Origin: a virus
Length of the DNA: 64,000 nucleotides
IMG/VR virus record: IMGVR_UViG_3300005527_000060
Reading direction: 5' to 3' (one strand)
Part shown: one piece after another, positions 49,469 through 58,425 of the stretch
Layout: every line of letters starts with the position of its first letter
Numbering within the stretch: the stretch's first letter is position 1
Position numbers and translations under genes: made by a program
The notes under the pieces: generated by a model
The model's database searches: none
Told to the model about the DNA's origin: nothing
The model's input: only the letters and a program-made list of their open reading frames with translations

Positions 49469-50575
49469 CAATTTTGTTATCCTAAAGGTTTTTTATCCTC
49501 TAGTTCTATATCTTATTGCTTTGATATAGTTCAGCATATATCTTTATCCTTAATAATTAAGGATATCCCGCACTCTTGGGATTAGTAATATTACTAATAA
49601 GTTTTTTAAACTCTGGATTATATTCCTTTACAGGGTTCACCATACCTATGCGTTGCGATGTTATATAGCTTTTATTCTATATAATTATCTCAGTGTTGTC
49701 CTAATTAAATTAAATTTATCCTTCTTTCTTTGTAAATAAAAGTTAGCGTCTTTATAAATATAATTACCAAATTCAATAATATGACTTTGAGTTCTTATAT
49801 TTAAAGTAGCACAAGTCTTTCTATATAACATTGTTGATTTTATTGTTTTTGGTAAACATTCAGCAATGCTTTTTAGTATAGAATCTGACCCATTAACAAT
49901 TATAATATTAGCAAGTCCTGTTGCTTTTCTAAAAGAAATACAGCCATCTCCATCAAAATAACCTCTAATAACATGATGAATCAAATCATTATCTATTTTT
50001 GGAATTTCAATATCTGCATATGTTTTTCTAGGACCAACTCCATATTTTGCTAAAGCATTTACAATTCTAAAGGAATTAATTCTAAATATTATTTGAGGTT
50101 TTCTATTTAAAGCGCCTTTTGTATTATTAAGTATCTTTTTTAAACCTTTAGGATATATATAATCTCTATATAAATCAATAATATATTCATCAATGTTTGA
50201 TAAACAAATACCAATTCTATTTTTATCATATACACATCCATCTGCTAAAAAGAATCCAAATAAATAAGCTTTTATTTCATTATCAATGTTATCAAAAAAG
50301 TCATGAGCAACTTCTTTATTCTTAGGCCAACTAATAGGCAATTTCTCATTAAATTTCTTTAATAAAGACTGAATATTTTGATAACAAGTCTCATAATGAT
50401 TTGCTATTTCGTTTAAAGAAAAACCTTCTAAATTTAATTTAATTATTTCATTTAAAGTTTCTTGATTATATTTAAGCATATAAGTATCCATGTATTAATG
50501 GGTATATTATATGTAATATAAATATTACTTTAATGAGCAAAAGATTTTCACTGATATTGCGGGATTTATTACCTA
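49469..50575 (-). mobile_element. group I-like intron with LAGLIDADG homing endonuclease ORF
   Basis: 3' end GATAACAAAATTG| shared with two other introns. S-like AAGATATAGAAC. 7-bp long-range pairing AATCCCGCAAT (50565-50555) / GTGCGGGAT (~49580-49572) bracketing the HEG ORF. Hairpin ATCCTTAATTATTAAGGAT (~49555-49573). 5' splice site not located precisely. Confidence 0.5.
49685..50491 (-). CDS. LAGLIDADG homing endonuclease (double-motif), intron-encoded
   Basis: LFGFFLADGCVYD and IRGYFDGDGCISF motifs; 268 aa. Confidence 0.75.
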   Translation of the reverse strand: MDTYMLKYNQETLNEIIKLNLEGFSLNEIANHYETCYQNIQSLLKKFNEKLPISWPKNKEVAHDFFDNIDNEIKAYLFGFFLADGCVYDKNRIGICLSNIDEYIIDLYRDYIYPKGLKKILNNTKGALNRKPQIIFRINSFRIVNALAKYGVGPRKTYADIEIPKIDNDLIHHVIRGYFDGDGCISFRKATGLANIIIVNGSDSILKSIAECLPKTIKSTMLYRKTCATLNIRTQSHIIEFGNYIYKDANFYLQRKKDKFNLIRTTLR

Positions 50576-50583
50576 TTAATTAC

Positions 50584-51159
50584 TTAATAGGAGGCCATCA
50601 TGTTTAGCCCTTCACTGCAAGTATTATCAATATTATCATCTACCTTGTTTCTAGGCATTGATACTGGAACACCAAACTCATGTTTAAATGTATGAGTGTA
50701 CAAATCAAGAAATACATCTTTCTCTTTAGTTCTACCAACAATCTTATATAGAATTAAGTTACCATTTTCATTAATAACTACATTATTAGCTTCTATAAAC
50801 TCTGAAAGGAAGTTTAAAGGTCTATAAGAAGGATTAAGCTTTAACTTATTCCAAAAGTTAATTAGAGGTTGAATATTAGTTAGTCTTTGCTCATACATAG
50901 TAATAATCATTCTATTAAGAGCTTTTGGAAGATTCTCTCCATTATAAGTAACTAATCCATTAGTAATCTCAATGCCTAAATTTTCTGCAATAACACTAGT
51001 AACATTTAAAAGTTTATATAATTCTTCTTCTTCATTATTTAATGCTAATTCTAATACTTGTGCATACTTAGCATCTTCTCTATTAATTGTGTAAGTTTTT
51101 CCTTTTACAATTACAGACAATGTAGTAGGAAAAATAAGGTAGTTAACGATGTTAGACAT
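50584..51159 (-). CDS. exon 1 of intron-split hypothetical gene (3' boundary / 5' splice site uncertain)
   Basis: 191-aa ORF whose last codons (..LNMMASY*) probably read into the intron. Downstream exon 49468..49177 lacks a start codon. Confidence 0.45.
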   Translation of the reverse strand: MSNIVNYLIFPTTLSVIVKGKTYTINREDAKYAQVLELALNNEEEELYKLLNVTSVIAENLGIEITNGLVTYNGENLPKALNRMIITMYEQRLTNIQPLINFWNKLKLNPSYRPLNFLSEFIEANNVVINENGNLILYKIVGRTKEKDVFLDLYTHTFKHEFGVPVSMPRNKVDDNIDNTCSEGLNMMASY

Positions 51160-52755
51160 TAGTTTGATTTTTGTTGTAATAATCTGTTTGCTTAATATAA
51201 TTACTCATTAATATATTTTGAGAACTATTGTTTTTAATACTTTGTTCTATTAAAGGATATGTTTGTTTAATCTTTGCCACTAAATCTAATAAATCTATTT
51301 CAGCCTTCTTTATTTTTATTAAACCTGCCTGATATAGATTTTTAAGTAAGTAGTGTTTATGCAAATAAGGAGTATACTTATTAGACTCTAAAAATAAAGA
51401 GGTTATAATACTATCTGGATTTTCTCTAATAAATAAGTCTTTATTTTCTAAATGAAGTAGTGTTGATCCACCGTATATTCTTGAATAATATATAAAATAA
51501 TTTGTGTCAATCTTATCAGCTAGTTTTTGCTGTATCTCTTCAATTAAATCTTTCCAACAATGCTTTACTAAAGAGGGATCATTAACAACATATATATCTT
51601 CTTCATTACAATAGTCAATAAGCTCATGTTTAAATATGTAAAAACTGCTTAAGTTATATACTTGTTTAGAAATATAATAGTAACTTTTATTAGTATCAAT
51701 ATTTAACTCTCTACCTAATACTCCTGGATATGCTGACAATCTATTGCATTTAGCATTAATAGATACTCTTTTAGTAGTATTAGTTGTCTTTTTAACCTCA
51801 AGATCTACCTTAGGAATAACACTAGAAAGCAGTCTAAGATTAAATATTTTATTGTCAATATTATTAACTAAACAGGTGTTTTCTAGTTCTTCTGCAGGAA
51901 TGTATTTACTTAAAGCTTTGACAGTTAAAGCATAAGATACATCATTATAATAATAAGTATAAGTCTTATTAAAGTAATGATACTTATTCTTACATTGAAT
52001 TATATTCCCCTTCCCCTTCTTTGTCTTATTAAAACATATAACTTCTTTTAGCCAGCTATTATAAGATATAGGATTATCCTTCCACTTAATTGGCCCAAAG
52101 AGTAAATTACTACTTGATAAGAAAGATTGAACATCATCCCAATGTTCAAACATTTCCATTTGTTCTTTTACATATTCTTTATATTCTGCAACAATATTAG
52201 ACAAACACTCAGCAATATATACTTTAGTCTTCTGACTTAATTGTATATCTTTATCTGCTGATTGATCAACTCTACCAATTTCAATATCAAATATAAACTT
52301 TTTATTTGTATTGACTTTTGACAAGTAATCTAGGTCTTGTGAATTTAAAACTTCTTTATAATTAGATAGCTCTATTTTATTAGGTAAGCCGCCAATCAAG
52401 CCAAATAAATTATTAGGATAAGTATCACTTCTAACAATTTTAAAATGTCTTCCTTCTTTAATAACTTGTTCTGGGACAACTAATTCCTTATCAACTGCAA
52501 CTAAAACATTATATAAATATCTAGTATTATTAGTTACATATCTACAAATATTAATAACATCATTCTCTTTAATCTCAAAAGATATCTCTACCCCTGTATC
52601 TTGAGTTGTTTTCTCTTTAGATAGCAATGAACAAAAGACCTTATTATTGTCTTTAGATATTACATATTCACATCTAACTCTGCCTTCTTCTTCTTCTGTA
52701 ATACTAATTACCACATACATATCAGTATATGCTAAAGGAGACATTCTACCTAGAC
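51152..52755 (-). CDS. large hypothetical protein; probably the 3' exon of a multi-intron gene
   Basis: 544-aa ORF (51152..52786) whose first codons abut the S element/3' end of the upstream intron. Likely exon start ~52755 after ..CAAGATAAACATGTTG|. No recognisable catalytic motif. Confidence 0.45.
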
Positions 52756-52834
52756 CAACATGTTTATCTTGTATTACTACAAGCATGGACTATATCATCA
52801 TTAACTATAAAAATAGTTAATGCTGGACGCTTTA

Positions 52835-53443
52835 CTATATATTTATTGCTTTATACTTCATACATTCAATTTGATTAACATAAGGTCTTACTATTTCTAA
52901 GAATCTTCTACCTTCTTTAGTAGACATTCTTAGTCTGTATAGATTTTTATGCTTTGTTATCTTCCAAGTAATATCCCATTTATCTTGAAAATATTTAACT
53001 ATTGTTTCATTTTCTTCTTTTGATAAATAAGTACTAAGAATTAATTCCCAAGCATGTATCTTGCCATTTCTTTTTTTAGGATATAAAGAACCATCATCCA
53101 TCCACCAAATAGCTAATCCTATAGGAGTTAGTCTATTTAAAGCTTTAAGAGGTATAGTTTTTACTTTATTTTTATATAAATATCTATGTAAAACTCTAAA
53201 ATATTTATGTCCTTTTTCTAAGACAACGGCAGGATATCCATTATTAACTATTTGTCTAACATTTATATTAGATTGAAAGATATTTCTAATTAAATTAGCT
53301 TTCCACTCTAAATATTCTTTTTGTTTTAGACAGTGAGTAATACTTAATCTACCAGATAATGAAGCATGACTAGGTTTTGCAACACAACCATCTCCAAAAA
53401 TAATTCCCATCAATATTGAAATGTTTTCTTTTGTTTTTAACAT
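52835..53443 (-). CDS. LAGLIDADG homing endonuclease
   Basis: LMGIIFGDGCVAK and LAIWWMDDGSLY motifs; tandem TAG-TAA stops. Confidence 0.7.
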   Translation of the reverse strand: MLKTKENISILMGIIFGDGCVAKPSHASLSGRLSITHCLKQKEYLEWKANLIRNIFQSNINVRQIVNNGYPAVVLEKGHKYFRVLHRYLYKNKVKTIPLKALNRLTPIGLAIWWMDDGSLYPKKRNGKIHAWELILSTYLSKEENETIVKYFQDKWDITWKITKHKNLYRLRMSTKEGRRFLEIVRPYVNQIECMKYKAINI

Positions 53444-53570
53444 ATCTTTTCACACTCTTGGTGTGGATATAAAATAATATAGATAGTCTCTGAACCTTCT
53501 CTTTCCTACAGAGCTTGGCTGCTGATTGCCCTTAATCTTAATTAGTGGGGTTTCCAGCAATTCATCCAGT

Positions 53571-54233
53571 TTAAAGTGGACATGGTTTTTTGTTATACTG
53601 ATTATTTTTAGTATGTGCTGATTTCCAAGTAAGATTATTTATTACATCCCACTTTCTTTGCATATATAAAGCATCATTATTTGTCATTAGATTAACTATA
53701 TTTATCATACTAGCTTGACGACCTACTTTTAGTTCATATTGATTTCTTCTTGAAACCAAACTGTATCTAATATCATATTCATCATATATTCCAATTAAGT
53801 ATTTAAAGAAAGAAGCGCAGTTTCCATAAATTGTAATTTTTTTATTATTATTAGAATCTACATAAACATTGCCATCTCCGTCAAAAACACCTCTTAAGAA
53901 ATCTCCTGGATATAGTAAAATACCAGGATTACCTAAAAGATGTATATTTTTTATACTTTTGCTTGGCACTAAACCATGACTCATTAAATCAATAACATAT
54001 TGTTTACTATAACAATAGATATACCAACTCTTTTCATCTTTAGACTTTTTAGGGGCACAAAAGAAAGGGAAAACATCTATTATTTTATATAATAATTCAA
54101 CATCATTAATCTTTATTCTGCAAGCATATTGTTGTCCTATATTATTTATAATAGTTCCATCACTATATATAAGACCTAGTAAATAAGCTTTATTTGGAGT
54201 ATCAATACTTTTAAACTCATCAGTATATTTCAT
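53571..54233 (-). CDS. LAGLIDADG homing endonuclease (double motif)
   Basis: AYLLGLIYSDGTI and LRGVFDGDGNVYV motifs; stop 10 nt upstream of the intron P element. Confidence 0.7.
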   Translation of the reverse strand: MKYTDEFKSIDTPNKAYLLGLIYSDGTIINNIGQQYACRIKINDVELLYKIIDVFPFFCAPKKSKDEKSWYIYCYSKQYVIDLMSHGLVPSKSIKNIHLLGNPGILLYPGDFLRGVFDGDGNVYVDSNNNKKITIYGNCASFFKYLIGIYDEYDIRYSLVSRRNQYELKVGRQASMINIVNLMTNNDALYMQRKWDVINNLTWKSAHTKNNQYNKKPCPL

Positions 54234-54300
54234 TATTAGATAATAAATTTATTATCTAATTATATCAAAAAATACATAGTTAAACATCAACTATATATGT

Positions 54301-54489
54301 TTATCCACCTAATAGATCATTACTATTAGACTTTGTTGAGTAACCAACCTTAGTATAATAATTAGTCATAAAGTCCCTACTTAGACCTTTAGCATAATCT
54401 CTAATAACAAGATGATTATCAAAATGATTAGGTAGAAATATATCTATAGGTTTTTTAATATCATGCTTTATATGTTCATCTAATGCGTT
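54301..54489 (-). CDS. short exon/ORF between two introns (..LYDNKLNALDEHIKHDIKKPIDIF..LLGG*)
   Basis: Frame opens right at the 3' end of intron B (GATAACAAATTG|AACGCA) with no ATG (track used TTG). Ends in TAA just before the first LAGLIDADG ORF. Confidence 0.3.
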   Translation of the reverse strand, partial: NALDEHIKHDIKKPIDIFLPNHFDNHLVIRDYAKGLSRDFMTNYYTKVGYSTKSNSNDLLGG

Positions 54490-54830
54490 CAATTTGTTAT
54501 CATAAAGGCTCTTTATCCTTTATTTCTTTATATTTCTATAAAGTTCGGACTATATCATCATCCTAATTAGTTAGGATGTCCTGCGCTCTTGTCTCCTTAT
54601 CACCATATATTATAAAAAATACTTAGGCTCGTTATGTTTTTATAACATAATAGATTATTTAATCTAAGAGATAGTCTCTGAACATTCAAATACATTTCTG
54701 TATAAGCTTTGCTGCTGATTGCCTCGACTTAAGTATTTATGAATACTTGTAAGGGGTTTCCAGCAATTCACAGGATTTTTCAATAAGAATTACTTCTTAA
54801 AGCTCCAACTGTCTTATATTATTTATTTAC
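54490..54830 (-). mobile_element. group I intron (no ORF) with the same P/Q/R/S core as the two introns above
   Basis: P AATTGCTGGAAACCCC (54765-54752), Q GGCAATCAGCAGC (54723-54712), R GTTCAGAGACTATCTC (54684-54673), S GATGATATAGTCCGAAC (~54560-54546), terminal GGATAAAGAGCCTTTATGATAACAAATTG (54518-54490). Confidence 0.6.
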
Positions 54831-54835
54831 TTAAA

Positions 54836-55006
54836 TATAATAATATTTTTAGAGAACGTTTCTTTAAAAGCCGCCAATAATGGATTAGTATAAATATTAT
54901 TTCTTAGAATGCCTAATATTAAAGCAGTTTGACTTTCATCTATAGAAAAGAAACTCTGTTTTAAATTAGACTTAAACTCTTCTTGTACAACTGGTATCAT
55001 TGTTTT
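54836..55006 (-). CDS. small hypothetical ORF (57 aa) abutting the intron 5' side
   Basis: MIPVVQEEFKSNLKQSFFSIDESQTALILGILRNNIYTNPLLAAFKETFSKNIIIFK*. Not in track (<60 aa). All three frames closed before the P element. Confidence 0.25.
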
Positions 55007-55164
55007 ATATTAAGAACAAAATTAACTATTAATAAACAAACTTAAGATTACACTATCTTTCTTTTAAGCTAGGTAACTCTATTTCATTAAATCCTAAAGC
55101 TTTAACTTTAGCTTTATATTTATTATTAATGACTAATATCTCATCATTTACCCATTCAATATCA

Positions 55165-55632
55165 TCAGGTAACAATTTTAATATTTCCCCTGTTTAGATC
55201 ATCCTTAAGCTGCTGTCTTAAATGAGTTATATATTCTACAATCCATTTATGACCAGCATCTACTTGTTTGCCACTAAAAACATAATAATGATCAAATGGT
55301 AAAACAGATTCAACAAATTGAATGTGAAATGGGCTGCCACAAATCTTAGTTTTGATTGCAACTTTAATACATTCTTTAAACAGATCATCTGAAATATCTA
55401 CAACTTTTGGTAAAGATTTGCCTAACTTCTTAGCAGCAAAACCAGACATATTTCTCAATCTTTCATCTCTTGTGCTAATGTAATACCACAAGCCTTCAAC
55501 TGATTCAAATCTGCCTAATCCCCCAAGAACAATAGGATATCTATACCAATTGGATAAAAAACAACCTAGTACTGTTTTACCTTGAGAATAGATATTTATA
55601 TGATCTACACCATCATTATTACTGTTATACAT
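55165..55632 (-). CDS. NADAR (YbiA/DUF1768) domain protein
   Basis: INIYSQGKTVLGCFLSNWYRYPIVLGGLGRFESVEGLWYYISTRD aligns with YbiA INFYS..GDFSNFAAWPIKVDGKTWPTSEHYFQAQK. 155 aa, TGA stop. Confidence 0.55.
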   Translation of the reverse strand: MYNSNNDGVDHINIYSQGKTVLGCFLSNWYRYPIVLGGLGRFESVEGLWYYISTRDERLRNMSGFAAKKLGKSLPKVVDISDDLFKECIKVAIKTKICGSPFHIQFVESVLPFDHYYVFSGKQVDAGHKWIVEYITHLRQQLKDDLNRGNIKIVT

Positions 55633-55634
55633 AA

Positions 55635-56066
55635 CTAACTTTTATCCAAAATATTAATAATTTTAAAGGCTTCTATAGCTTCTGATTCAAAGTCTTGTTC
55701 TTGTTGTCTTTGCTCTAATATTCTTTTATCTATTGATACTAAAAAAGAATTAATCTCATCATTAAAGAAATTTAAAGCCGCAATTAGATCCTTTGAATTA
55801 TCAAAGGAACTAAATATTGTACAGACTTCATTAGAAACATTATAATCAATTCTAAATAGATGAACTGATTTTTCTTTATAGACAGTATAAAAGGTTATTC
55901 TTCTTTCTAAAGATCCTGTCCAAGTAGTATATTTAATATAAATATTTTTATTATAAAAATACTCTACAAAATCTTTATTTTCAAAGAAAGAAGAAATTGA
56001 TGTAATAAAAGTAAGAAATCTTTTTACATCAGTGTCAAAGTCATTTTTATGATAACAAGCTGCCAT
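55635..56066 (-). CDS. hypothetical protein
   Basis: 143-aa ORF, TAG stop overlapping the start region of the NADAR gene. Confidence 0.35.
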   Translation of the reverse strand: MAACYHKNDFDTDVKRFLTFITSISSFFENKDFVEYFYNKNIYIKYTTWTGSLERRITFYTVYKEKSVHLFRIDYNVSNEVCTIFSSFDNSKDLIAALNFFNDEINSFLVSIDKRILEQRQQEQDFESEAIEAFKIINILDKS

Positions 56067-56072
56067 AGTTAT

Positions 56073-56240
56073 TATTTCCTATGTGGACAGCCACCATTAC
56101 CACAATAATTCTCAGCAATATCTTCATCTGTTTCACCACATTTCCTACATTTAAAAGCTGTAATTCTTCTTTTAGTTAGAACTACTTTATATTGCTTTTT
56201 ACTCCTTGATACAGGCTTTGTTACTGTACAAATCATACAT
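56073..56240 (-). CDS. small zinc-ribbon protein (55 aa), not in supplied track
   Basis: MICTVTKPVSRSKKQYKVVLTKRRITAFKCRKCGETDEDIAENYCGNGGCPHRK* with CxxC....CxxxxC. Confidence 0.35.
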
Positions 56241-56249
56241 TTTTACCTA

Positions 56250-56486
56250 CTATTTAATAACTGTTAATACAATCTGATCATTCTTATTGAAGGAGAACTC
56301 AAGATTTAAAGTTATTGTCTTTTTATCAACAATAACTCTATCTTCTAAGTTAGTTTCTATGATAGCTAAAATACCATTGTGCAAGTCAGTTACACAATCA
56401 CAATCAGCACAAAACACAGAGTTAAGATGTTTTAATATCAAACATCTTAACTCTTCACCTATATCTCTAATCTCTGTCATTTGCAT
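56250..56486 (-). CDS. hypothetical small protein
   Basis: 78-aa ORF ending in tandem TAG-TAG. Confidence 0.3.
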   Translation of the reverse strand: MQMTEIRDIGEELRCLILKHLNSVFCADCDCVTDLHNGILAIIETNLEDRVIVDKKTITLNLEFSFNKNDQIVLTVIK

Positions 56487-57120
56487 AAATACTGATAAAT
56501 GCTTCAGTATTTTCTGATAGAAACTTAATTAAATTAATATTAAAATATTTATCTAGAAGATCTTTAAGATAAATAACAATCTGCTCTTTTATAGAAAGTT
56601 TAATTAAATTAATTAATCCTAAATTCCTTTCTACCTCTTCAGACTCTCCTAGATTGTGTTTTGTTTGATAATAAACAAAGTTACTAGCTGCCGTTAGAAT
56701 AGCTTTATTCTTAGACAGCTTTGCTAACGCTTCAAGAAATAATTCTCTTTTCTCTAGTTCTTTAGCATGAGCTTTATAACCTTTTAAAACATTGTCTTCC
56801 CAGTTCTCTGGTAAAGAAGTAGGAATTGTTACTTTATTTATATCTTCCTCAGGCAGAGCAGGAATATTTTTTAAATGACCTGATAAGGCTAATAGTTGGC
56901 AGGTCATTAAAGAAAGTATTTCAGTTGCTTCTATTGCTTTTATACTAAGACCCTCTTGTTCATCAGCTAATGCAATAACTAACATAAATGCACTTACAAT
57001 TTGGAACACATCTGGAGGTATTTCATTTACAGATCTGATGGAAAATAAAGAATACATTAACTTATATTTGTCATCATCAGAGTAGTTATCTATATTAGCT
57101 AGTAAATCTTTGATCTTCAT
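56467..57120 (-). CDS. hypothetical protein
   Basis: 217-aa ORF, TAG stop. Confidence 0.35.
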   Translation of the reverse strand: MKIKDLLANIDNYSDDDKYKLMYSLFSIRSVNEIPPDVFQIVSAFMLVIALADEQEGLSIKAIEATEILSLMTCQLLALSGHLKNIPALPEEDINKVTIPTSLPENWEDNVLKGYKAHAKELEKRELFLEALAKLSKNKAILTAASNFVYYQTKHNLGESEEVERNLGLINLIKLSIKEQIVIYLKDLLDKYFNINLIKFLSENTEAFISIYANDRD

Positions 57121-57390
57121 TTAGTTTTTAAAAGAGTAATTTTCTATTATTTGTATTTGTAATTCACTAATAAGACTAGTGTTTGGTTTTTCTGGTAATT
57201 TTGTATCAATAAAAGCTTTTTCTAATCTAGCTTCTAGTTGTGTTACATAAATTAATATTTCATCATATGTAACATTACCTTGTCTAATAGCTTTCAAATA
57301 GTCAACATCACCAACAGCCTTTCTGTCAACTAAGACTTGTTGACTTTCAACTATCTCACAAGCCATAGTATATAGCCTTACAGCGTGTCC
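57121..57390 (-). CDS. hypothetical protein; candidate 3' exon of the upstream nucleotidyltransferase gene
   Basis: Track ORF starts at TTG 57393, but the sequence immediately upstream is the conserved intron terminus GATAACAAAATTG|, so coding probably starts at 57390 as an exon (..GHAVRLYTMACEIVESQQ..). Confidence 0.35.
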   Translation of the reverse strand, partial: GHAVRLYTMACEIVESQQVLVDRKAVGDVDYLKAIRQGNVTYDEILIYVTQLEARLEKAFIDTKLPEKPNTSLISELQIQIIENYSFKN

Positions 57391-58425
57391 CAATTTTGTT
57401 ATCTTATAGGCTCTTTATCCTATAATTCTATATGTCACCATATAGTTCAGACTATTTCTTCGTGTTTATATTAGATAAACCGTTCCCCTGCGCTCTTGGA
57501 TAATTTTATTGGCATAGATTGCTCCTTAGCCTCATATCTAGTCGTTAGACCTTTCTACATTCTTTCAAATATAGCTTGGTAAGGAATTGTCTTTATTCAA
57601 AGAGTTTCTCCTTTTCACAGAGTTTTAACACCCCAGAGTATTCTAACTGATCATATATAGTTTGTTTACCAATTCTTTGATAATGTATTTCAATTAAATG
57701 AATATTTTGTTCTTTTAGCAATTCTCTTTTAATCTGATCAATTTTTCTAACATCATTTAGTCTAGATTTATCCCAAAATTTAGTTTCTTTATAATGTTGT
57801 TGACCTTGAATTTCTATAGCTACTTTAGCATCAAAATAATATCTATCTAATTCTAAAAACATATTAGTTTCAGGATTCTTTAGTAAAAGACCTTTTTCAA
57901 GTAATTGTTTTCTTCCATTATCAATAAAGTTTTTATCTAATATGAATTTATCAAGTAATGATTTTACATATATTTCAAGACAAGACTTAGTATTCTTAAC
58001 ATATAAATTTAATGCTTTTAAATGTTGTACTAGAGTTATGTTATGAAATTTAGGTAAACATGATACTAACTGAGATTTATGTTCTATACTTATTATTGAT
58101 GGATCTAAGGGAAAATACCCATACTTATCAACTAACTTATATATTTCAGTATTTACATTATTAATATCTTTATAATAATTCTTAGGTGTAAACTTAATCT
58201 CATAATTTATATAAGTTAAAAATTCACTAAATGATAATCCAGTTCTTTGTATAGCACAAAGTAAATAATTATAGCCATTATTTTTTTAAGAATGTATTAC
58301 TTAGATATTGATCTTCATGTTTTTCTGAAACTAACATAAATTCATTCTTGATATTTTCAATTTTAGTTAAATAACCCTTTTTGTGTAAACGCATAAACTA
58401 TATAATAAACAATAATATTATTATA
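57391..58425 (-). mobile_element. group I-like intron containing a frameshifted homing-endonuclease-like ORF
   Basis: 3' terminal module GGATAAAGAGCCTATAAGATAACAAAATTG (57420-57391) nearly identical to the intron B terminus. S-like AAATAGTCTGAACTATA (~57455-57440). Lies between the 58426 ORF and the 57390 exon. Confidence 0.5.
57593..58394 (-). pseudogene. intron-encoded endonuclease-like ORF disrupted by a +1 frame change in an A7 run (or sequencing error)
   Basis: MRLHKKGYLTKIENIKNEFMLVSEKHEDQYLSNTFLKK stops at TAA inside A7 (plus T7 58281-58287). The +1 frame continues open for ~230 codons into track ORF 57593..57862 (..YYFDAKVAIEIQGQQHYKE.., Vsr/DUF559-like). Confidence 0.4.

Larger units (their letters stand above)
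52756..54300 (-). mobile_element. group I intron (or twintron) with two LAGLIDADG endonuclease ORFs
   Basis: Minus-strand order: HEG 54233-53571, P AATTGCTGGAAACCCC (53573-53555), Q GGCAATCAGCAGCC (53530-53516), R GTTCAGAGACTA (53496-53485), HEG 53443-52835, S GATGATATAGTCCATG (52797-52785), then 3' end at 52756. 5' boundary not resolved. Confidence 0.55.

Noticed and set aside
50551-50570. Plus-strand ATTGCGGGATTT resembling a group I P element, which would imply a plus-strand intron
   Set aside because: The other intron parts and the HEG are on the minus strand. The motif is better explained as the minus-strand 5' partner (AATCCCGCAAT) of a long-range helix with GTGCGGGAT near 49575.
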